Position numbers and translations under genes: made by a program
Part shown: one piece after another, positions 57,127-64,000 of the stretch
Position numbering within the stretch: position 1 is the stretch's first letter
Layout of the letters: every line of letters begins with the position of its first letter
Origin: Phycisphaerae bacterium
GTDB lineage: Bacteria; Planctomycetota; Phycisphaerae; WQYP01
Direction: 5' to 3'
DNA length: 64,000 nt
Assembly: GCA_035504095.1 (NCBI GenBank)
Contig: DATJSN010000045.1
Span: 591-64,590, forward strand
The notes under the pieces: generated by a model
Told to the model about the DNA's origin: nothing
Database searches by the model: none
What the model saw: the letters and a program-made list of their open reading frames with translations, nothing else

Positions 57127-59475
57127 TCACGCAGCCACAAACGAAACCGCCCATTGCACTTCCCGACTTACCGGAGATTCAATTGTCACCCGCGTCCAGA
57201 AGCCGGCTTCCGCGTGCGAAATTTTTACGCCCGCTGCCGTATCCGCCGATGAAACAACGACTGAAGCAACTGGCGCGCTGGCCTGACCGTTTTTCGTTAA
57301 AACTACTAACTCGGGCGCCGGTTGTGAAATGCGCAATTCATAAGCCGATCCGCCTACTACTTTGCTGGTTCCGCTGAGCGTGTTAGTTTCCGGATTCCAT
57401 TGTTCACTCACCAGGTCGACCGCCCCCTGTGTGACGTGACGGGACGTGCTGATCAGTTGCGGATTCTTTGTCCGTGGCCTAATCGCCATTACCAGACACG
57501 TTCGCCCCGGCAGATCAAATGTCCAGCTATTTAAACCGCTGATCGGTTTATTGCCCCAGAAATCAAAAGCGTCATAGACTGCGTTAGGGTCCAACCCCGC
57601 CGCTGCTGGATCAACTTGTGCCGTCCAGTGTCCGCTGCTCCAGTTGAACAAACCCAGAACGTAATGGACCTCATCGTCGACTTTATAAGTTAACATCCAA
57701 ATCCGCGCCGGATCATTATCAAACAGGTCCACTGGGCGGACCGTTTTGAATTGATGCGAAGGCATCATGCAGCGCAGTGCGTCGATGCGTTCCTGCGTGT
57801 ATTCCAGCATCCAGTCACTGGTAGTGTGATGGGCGCTAAGCAACGTCACCCATGAGCCATAACACAAAAACTCGTTCATCGGAACCGAAAGTCGGGCGTA
57901 AATCGGATCAGGATCGTTCCACCATACGCGCCCGTTAAGAAAATACAGATGCGAACCGGCGTGTGTTCCATGCTGAATATTGGCCCATTTGGATGTGTTG
58001 TCCGGCCCGATGCGCATCGCGTCGACCAACCCCAGCTCCATGCCCAGCGAACGCTCATTTTGAGGCAAACAACACCCGAGGATAAATGTATCTGGTCCGG
58101 CGGCCTCACGAATTGTCTTAAGTCCCAGCCGTGCCGCCTGCATATTGGACATGGTTTTGTCCTTGAATACCGCGTCGCCGAAGTTGTCCTCGTAATAAGC
58201 TTGATTCGCAATTTGATGAGAATAATCCTGCAGACATGCCAACCCTGTATATTGGCCGTCGATTTTCAGATAACCATACCCCCACTTATTCATCGCCTGA
58301 CTGATAAACCCTGCGACATAATCCCGTGCTTTACTGTACGTCATGTCCAGGCATGTGCCGCCCCAATAAGTGTCATATACCGAACCATCTTCCCGGCGAA
58401 CCACCAGGTCCAGCTTGTCTGCGAATATTGGATCCTGATAATCAATCGCGAACGGCAGCATCCATATTCCCGGCAGCAGTCCCAGCGCCGCGATCTTATC
58501 CGCCACCGGTTTCATGCCCGCCGCATACGGCCCTTTGGGATTCACATGATAAAAATCCATCGCCGGCCAGCCGTTGCGCTTCTGGCCGTTTTGCCAGTGA
58601 TCGTCAATTTGCACAAAACTGAACCCAAACGGGGCAAAATTTTTGGCGGCATATTCAGCGATTTGCTGCAGATGTTCCGGATCGGAAGCGGCGCCATGTT
58701 TATCCGAATACCACGTGCAATATCCCGGAGCATGTGGCTTAAGTTTGACCCCGTTAATCAAGGCAAACTGATCTGCCCAGGTTTCCAGGCCATCGCGTAC
58801 ATCGTCAAACCAGCCGATCGCCCACCAGTCCCCGCCGAATTCATCCAATGTAGGCGGAATCGCACTGCCGTAATCGTTACGCAATTTTAGTACAATTTTG
58901 CCGCCTTCCACTCTTGGAAATATCACGCCGCTGGCGGCGTCTATTCTGATCAGACCCGCCACTACGCCGCTTCGTGAGACTGGATCGGCGACTGTTGTTA
59001 CCACGTGTTGGCCCGGATTGTTCGCCGGATCATAAAGTCCGCCTGCCCCTAGTCCTTTGGTCGACGCCTCAAGACTTAATTTCGCCTCAAATACGCTCAC
59101 CCGATGTCCCGGCATGATCACGTCGGAGTTGCGCGGATCGCGGCGAATAAAAACAAACGGAACATCCTGGGCAATAACAATCCAGTTTTCTCCCGGCGAA
59201 ATTTTCAACACTTTTCCCGGACCAAATGGCGAATCCGCGCCCAGATCAACGATGCTGCACGACCCTGCTCCGGGCTGCATAAACAACCCCGATGCGAATG
59301 GACTTAAATCGGCAGCCAATGTCAGCATGCCCGTGGTCGTATCCATGCCGGCAAATACTTTGCCGTTGCTGATGATGCTCACCGGTGAATCAGTCTGTGC
59401 GTAAAGTTTGGCAGGAATGCTCGCCGCCCCCGCCGATACCAGCAAGGTTCCTACAAATTCGCGACGTGTGAACAT
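57127..59475 (-). CDS. Tat-secreted putative glycoside hydrolase (TIM-barrel, alpha-galactosidase-like). The start is the ATG at 59475 (MFTRREFVGTLLVSAGAAS); the track ORF extends to 59646 through repeat element B.
   Basis: Twin-arginine signal RREFV. The internal WGYGYLKIDGQ resembles the catalytic KxD region of clan GH-D enzymes. The family assignment is tentative. Confidence 0.7.
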   Translation of the reverse strand: MFTRREFVGTLLVSAGAASIPAKLYAQTDSPVSIISNGKVFAGMDTTTGMLTLAADLSPFASGLFMQPGAGSCSIVDLGADSPFGPGKVLKISPGENWIVIAQDVPFVFIRRDPRNSDVIMPGHRVSVFEAKLSLEASTKGLGAGGLYDPANNPGQHVVTTVADPVSRSGVVAGLIRIDAASGVIFPRVEGGKIVLKLRNDYGSAIPPTLDEFGGDWWAIGWFDDVRDGLETWADQFALINGVKLKPHAPGYCTWYSDKHGAASDPEHLQQIAEYAAKNFAPFGFSFVQIDDHWQNGQKRNGWPAMDFYHVNPKGPYAAGMKPVADKIAALGLLPGIWMLPFAIDYQDPIFADKLDLVVRREDGSVYDTYWGGTCLDMTYSKARDYVAGFISQAMNKWGYGYLKIDGQYTGLACLQDYSHQIANQAYYEDNFGDAVFKDKTMSNMQAARLGLKTIREAAGPDTFILGCCLPQNERSLGMELGLVDAMRIGPDNTSKWANIQHGTHAGSHLYFLNGRVWWNDPDPIYARLSVPMNEFLCYGSWVTLLSAHHTTSDWMLEYTQERIDALRCMMPSHQFKTVRPVDLFDNDPARIWMLTYKVDDEVHYVLGLFNWSSGHWTAQVDPAAAGLDPNAVYDAFDFWGNKPISGLNSWTFDLPGRTCLVMAIRPRTKNPQLISTSRHVTQGAVDLVSEQWNPETNTLSGTSKVVGGSAYELRISQPAPELVVLTKNGQASAPVASVVVSSADTAAGVKISHAEAGFWTRVTIESPVSREVQWAVSFVAA

Positions 59476-59476
59476 A

Positions 59477-59762
59477 GTAAGAGCCTCTAACAACATAAGC
59501 CGGGAGCCGCGTTGGGCCGCAAATGGCCCAGATGCAAGGCGGAGGCCCGAAGCCGTATCCGAAGGATGATACAACGAGGGCCGACAACGCCGCAGATGGG
59601 CCATTTGCGACCCAACCCTTCGGGACGCGGTGCCTTTCGGCCCCATACGGCGTCGCTTCTCCTCGCTGTATTGTATTCTAATACTTGCATCGTCGAAGCT
59701 CCTTGTCTGGGACCCAAATGCCCAGCGTCGCGGCCCCGCCTTATGTTGTTAAAGGCTCTAAC
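59477..59762. repeat. Copy B of the ~280 bp structured inverted-repeat element, with 22-23 bp terminal inverted repeats GTAAGAGCCTCTAACAACATAAG / CTTATGTTGTTAAAGGCTCTAAC.
   Basis: The core aligns with copy A (23525-23770). Its terminal stems have a different sequence from copy A but are self-complementary in both copies. It begins 1 nt from the ATG (59475) of the minus-strand hydrolase gene. Confidence 0.7.
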
Positions 59763-59853
59763 CCTCCTCGTGGACCGCCATTTAAATAAAACTTACCATT
59801 CATCATCTGCCGCTGCCAGTGATTTAATGGCGTTATTCCAGTAACATAACGTC

Positions 59854-60465
59854 ATGACCACCGGGCTATTACAAAATCAAACCTGGGACGTCGGCCGCAC
59901 TGCCGGTCTATGTTCTGCTTGCTCAATGACCCTTACACCAGGCACGACGTGTTGGGCTGCTTTGGTGGAATTACCTAAATCCGGCGGCAGTGCTAATACC
60001 GCCGACGCCAACAAGGATAAACCCATCAGCCCCTGGCAACGCCTCGACTTCTGCCAGGCCTGCTGGTCTGCCGGCAAACGCCCCGCGCCGCCATTGGATA
60101 TGTTTTCATTTTGGAAAACCATCACGCCCGAGCCGGAGAAAAAACGCCGGATTTTTGTTGACGATTCCGTACTCATGGATCTGTTTAATCGTCTCGTCGA
60201 TCGCACCGATATGACGGACATCCGTTTTCGTTTTGTTCTGGCGCTCCTGCTGATGCGCAAAAAATTACTTAAATACGAGGGAATTGAAACACTGCCGACC
60301 GATATGGCCGAACGCTTTAAAGAATTAACTCCTCAGCCGGAACTCTGGAAAATGTTTCCCCGCCAGAGCGATTTTTCTGTTATGGTTGTCAATCCTCACC
60401 TGACTCCTGAGCAGATCAGTCAGGTATCTGAGCAGCTTTCTACAATCCTTGCCGAAGAAGTTTAA
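59854..60465 (+). CDS. Hypothetical protein with N-terminal CxxC...CxxC zinc-ribbon-like motif
   Basis: 203 aa; CSACSM...CQACW. Its last about 22 codons are duplicated at 61849-61935. Confidence 0.6.
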   Translation: MTTGLLQNQTWDVGRTAGLCSACSMTLTPGTTCWAALVELPKSGGSANTADANKDKPISPWQRLDFCQACWSAGKRPAPPLDMFSFWKTITPEPEKKRRIFVDDSVLMDLFNRLVDRTDMTDIRFRFVLALLLMRKKLLKYEGIETLPTDMAERFKELTPQPELWKMFPRQSDFSVMVVNPHLTPEQISQVSEQLSTILAEEV

Positions 60466-60474
60466 TGTCACTGT

Positions 60475-61797
60475 TTGCTTGATAGCGCCGGGAAAATCTT
60501 GGAATTAAGCCAACAATCAACATCTGGAAACGCAACGCTTCCCACGGACCCATTGCATCTGGGCAGGAAGATTATTCCTGGACTCGATGGCCTTCGCGGC
60601 GTGGCGATCCTCCTGGTCTTAATTATTCATTACGCCAGTTTTTGGCCGCGGGATTCACAGTTTTCCATGTATCTTTATCGCACGCTGGGAATTTGTACCA
60701 CTGGCGTGCAGCTATTCTTTGTACTCTCAGGATTTCTGATTACAGGCATTCTGCTGGATTCCAAAGAAACAACGCTGCATTATTTTCGAAACTTTTACAT
60801 GCGGCGTTTCCTGAGGATTTTTCCACTCTATTATGCCGCCGTAGCCATCTTCAGCATTTATGCGCTGGCGCTGGCATTTGGGGCGGTTCGTCCCGGACAG
60901 ATGCTGGGATTCGAAAACAACGCTGCTTTGAATCCACACGAATACCTTTCATACCTGCCATGGCTTTTGACCTATACATCGAATTTCTGGTCCATGATCC
61001 ACAACGAATTGATGCATGTTGTAGGGCCTTATTGGACCCTGGCCATCGAAGAGCAGTTTTATCTGGTTTGGCCTTTATTAGTCTTTTTCCTGCCCCGCAA
61101 GGCTGTGCTTTGGACGAGCATTGGTTTGGTGTTGGTCTCTGCGCTATGGTGGTGCCTCGCCGCAACTACTGCGATGGGCTACACCACGATTTACGTTGCC
61201 ACTCCGGCTCAGGTAAACGCACTTGGCGCCGGGGCAATGCTTGCCGTCATGATGCGCGACCCAAAGATGCGATATTTGATGGCGAAGCTTTCATTACCTA
61301 TACTGGCGATCTCTGGAGTTATTATCGTTTTTGCCTTGGCATCGATTTGGACATCTAACTTCGATTGGTTTTCAGTGCACCCTGCGGTAACCCTGATTAA
61401 GACCACTGCTGGAAGCACCATCGAAATTCCGGGATTCTCGAGCGGCACGGTAAACGCTTTGTTATGGACTGTGATTGCGCTGTTTTACGCCGCTTTGCTG
61501 AGTTGTGTCCTTTTTTCGGGAGAAAAACGCGGCTTTCTGGGACAAGTGATGTCCTCCGGGATTATGACGTGGTTCGGCCGTTATAGTTATGGCATATACA
61601 TCTTACATGTCGCGGTAATGTTTACTGTTTCGGACCTGATCAGCTTCGTCGGGCGTTTGACGCGGTTGTCGGGAACGACCGGTTTGCCATCGGTGCGTGT
61701 GCTGGTTTCGTTGATTTTGACCTGTGGGTTGGCATATTTGAGTTACCATCTGTTTGAGAAACGGTTTCTGGCGCTCAAACGCTTTTTCCCGGATTGA
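60475..61797 (+). CDS. Acyltransferase family 3 (OafA/YrhL-like) integral membrane O-acyltransferase
   Basis: GLDGLRGVAILLVLIIHY N-terminal signature and about 10 TM helices; 440 aa. Confidence 0.85.
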   Translation: MLDSAGKILELSQQSTSGNATLPTDPLHLGRKIIPGLDGLRGVAILLVLIIHYASFWPRDSQFSMYLYRTLGICTTGVQLFFVLSGFLITGILLDSKETTLHYFRNFYMRRFLRIFPLYYAAVAIFSIYALALAFGAVRPGQMLGFENNAALNPHEYLSYLPWLLTYTSNFWSMIHNELMHVVGPYWTLAIEEQFYLVWPLLVFFLPRKAVLWTSIGLVLVSALWWCLAATTAMGYTTIYVATPAQVNALGAGAMLAVMMRDPKMRYLMAKLSLPILAISGVIIVFALASIWTSNFDWFSVHPAVTLIKTTAGSTIEIPGFSSGTVNALLWTVIALFYAALLSCVLFSGEKRGFLGQVMSSGIMTWFGRYSYGIYILHVAVMFTVSDLISFVGRLTRLSGTTGLPSVRVLVSLILTCGLAYLSYHLFEKRFLALKRFFPD

Positions 61798-61848
61798 AAA
61801 TTTTGTGTTTTTTATCTCTTTCGTCGTGCCGTAGTCTCGTTGTGGTAA

Positions 61849-61935
61849 AGAATATTCCCGTCACCGCACCTGAGCACCGAACAGATTAGTCAGGTCTCCG
61901 AACAACTCTCCACCATTCTCGCCGAAGAAATTTAA
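61849..61935 (+). pseudogene. Duplicated 3'-terminal fragment (about 23 codons) of gene 59854-60465
   Basis: PHLSTEQISQVSEQLSTILAEEI* versus the parent PHLTPEQISQVSEQLSTILAEEV*. About 80% nt identity with mostly synonymous differences, preceded by an in-frame TAA. Confidence 0.65.
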
Positions 61936-61939
61936 TGTA

Positions 61940-61961
61940 GCTCAGGCTCTCCAGCCTGAGC
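61940..61961. repeat. REP-like perfect hairpin GCTCAGGCT-CTCC-AGCCTGAGC (CTCTCCAG-core family)
   Basis: 9 bp stem and 4 nt loop. Related CTCTCCAG / CTGGAGAG hairpins occur at 62573-62596 and 62601-62620, flanking ridA. Confidence 0.6.
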
Positions 61962-62087
61962 ATTGTAGTAAATGGGCATGCTCCGCATGCCGTGGTTTCC
62001 GAAGTTTTATTTTTGCCTTTGTACTTTTAATTTTTACTTCGTTGTCTCGTCGTGCCGTTGTGTCGTTGTGGTGAAAAATATTCTCTG

Positions 62088-62552
62088 TTACTTCACCTGC
62101 GCCAGTAGCTCCACTTCCACCGCCGCATTCAGCGGCAGCGCCGCCACGCCGATCGTCGTTCGCGCATGCCGCCCGATCTCGCCGCAAACCGCCGCCAATA
62201 GATCGCTTGCCCCATTGGCCACCAGCGAATGCTGCTCAAACGCCGGATCGCACTGTACAAACACCCCCACCCGCACAATCCGCACTAGCCTGTCCCAATG
62301 ACCGTCGATCACATCCTTTAGCACCGCCAAAGCATTAACGGCGGCAAGCTTCGCCGCTTCCTTCGCCTGCTCTACGCTCACGGGGTTTGGAACCTTGCCC
62401 AGGTAGACGACTTTCCCTTCGCGGCTCGGCAACTGCCCGCTGATAAAAACCAGTTGTCCGGTATTGACCGCAGTGACATAAGAAGCCACGGGCTTGGGCG
62501 CCGGCGGCAGAACCAGTCCCATCTTCTGTAAATTCTCTTCAATCGAATTCAT
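62088..62552 (-). CDS. ridA: RidA/YjgF/TdcF-family reactive-intermediate deaminase
   Basis: 154 aa; VNALAVLKDVIDG...VGVFVQCDP...RTTIGVAALPLNAAVEVELLAQV matches the YjgF family. Confidence 0.88.
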   Translation of the reverse strand: MNSIEENLQKMGLVLPPAPKPVASYVTAVNTGQLVFISGQLPSREGKVVYLGKVPNPVSVEQAKEAAKLAAVNALAVLKDVIDGHWDRLVRIVRVGVFVQCDPAFEQHSLVANGASDLLAAVCGEIGRHARTTIGVAALPLNAAVEVELLAQVK

Positions 62553-62572
62553 AAAAAAACCTATAAATTGTA

Positions 62573-62620
62573 GAGCAGCCTCTCCAGGCTGCTCTATAGG
62601 AGAATAGGCTGGAGAGCCCT
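62573..62620. repeat. Pair of REP-like hairpins (AGAGCAGCC-TCTCCA-GGCTGCTCT and GGCTGGAGAGCC) upstream of ridA
   Basis: Read directly from the sequence. They share the GGCTCTCCAGCC core and the GAGCATTGTAG flank with the 61940-61976 copy in inverted orientation. Confidence 0.55.
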
Positions 62621-63056
62621 GTTCTACAATGCTCGGGCCAAAAGCCTAAGCTACTAATGCATTCTTCTCAATCATTTAAAAATCTAGCTCAGACTCCCCA
62701 GCATGAGCATGTGACCGTAAGATTCACAGTTAATAAACGGTGGGTCCGCATGCTCACTAAACGCATTCGTCGACAATGCTGCATAAAGCAAAAATCTGTT
62801 TGACAAAACAAAAATATTAGCTATTATGATAATTGAAATATACCTATCCAAAAGGGCGATGGAGTTCGCCCTAACCGCCCCATGTCCATGGGGCTGATAA
62901 CTCCTATCGGGCTTTACCCAATGGAAATATGTCAGCGCATTCGTGCTGGATTTCCTGCCCGTAGGGTTTTCAGTCGTAGCATTCCGGATAAGCAACTCGC
63001 GGATATTCTTCTCCGCGGATTCGCTTCTCTTAGGATGCTGAACATGGCGTGGCAAC

Positions 63057-64000
<944 letters not shown>

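Noticed and set aside
57127-59646. The full 839-aa ORF for the hydrolase
   Set aside because: The first 57 codons run through repeat element B. The internal ATG at 59475 is followed by a textbook twin-arginine signal peptide.

Overview
The window is a 64 kb chromosomal segment of a Gram-negative bacterium (about 50% GC). PEP-CTERM, Sel1/TPR, Tat-secreted hydrolases and many glycan genes suggest a Verrucomicrobia-, Planctomycetes- or Acidobacteria-like lineage, but this is not verifiable from sequence alone. Most of it is confidently assignable: pyrC, an ABC exporter, an aguA-aguB agmatine-to-putrescine pair, pheS-rplT-rpmI, trpS, ptsI, glgB, a complete sufBCDSU operon ending in an unusual SufA-like/SufT fusion, tRNA-Gly(UCC), RidA, a metallophosphoesterase and the 5' end of eno. 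Three envelope-glycan clusters are present. (a) GT2-DUF2062, a polysaccharide deacetylase and hldD. (b) A sulfotransferase, a methyltransferase, two GT4, a GT9 heptosyltransferase and a nucleotidyltransferase/dehydratase/reductase set for a 6-deoxy sugar. (c) HAD, DUF2090, an ArnC-like GT2, an alginate-lyase-like protein and an ArnT-like GT-C membrane transferase. There is also a PEP-CTERM protein and an OafA-type acyltransferase. Most novel: a ~280 bp structured element in two copies (about 23510-23788 and 59477-59762). Their internal cores align, including conserved small hairpins with compensatory base changes. Their long terminal inverted repeats differ in sequence but pair in each copy. 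Each copy ends within a few nucleotides of an outward-facing start codon. The 15-20 nt terminal motif of copy B (AAGAGCCTCTAACAA / TTGTTAGAGGCTCT) recurs as a mini-hairpin (21535-21593) and as solo copies, two of them sitting right at a start codon. Other signs of rearrangement: the acyltransferase gene lies between gene 59854-60465 and a duplicated, protein-conserved 3' fragment of that gene, together with a short direct repeat; REP-like CTCTCCAG hairpins flank ridA; a perfect 21 bp palindrome lies upstream of sufB. No CRISPR array, integrase or transposase was seen.
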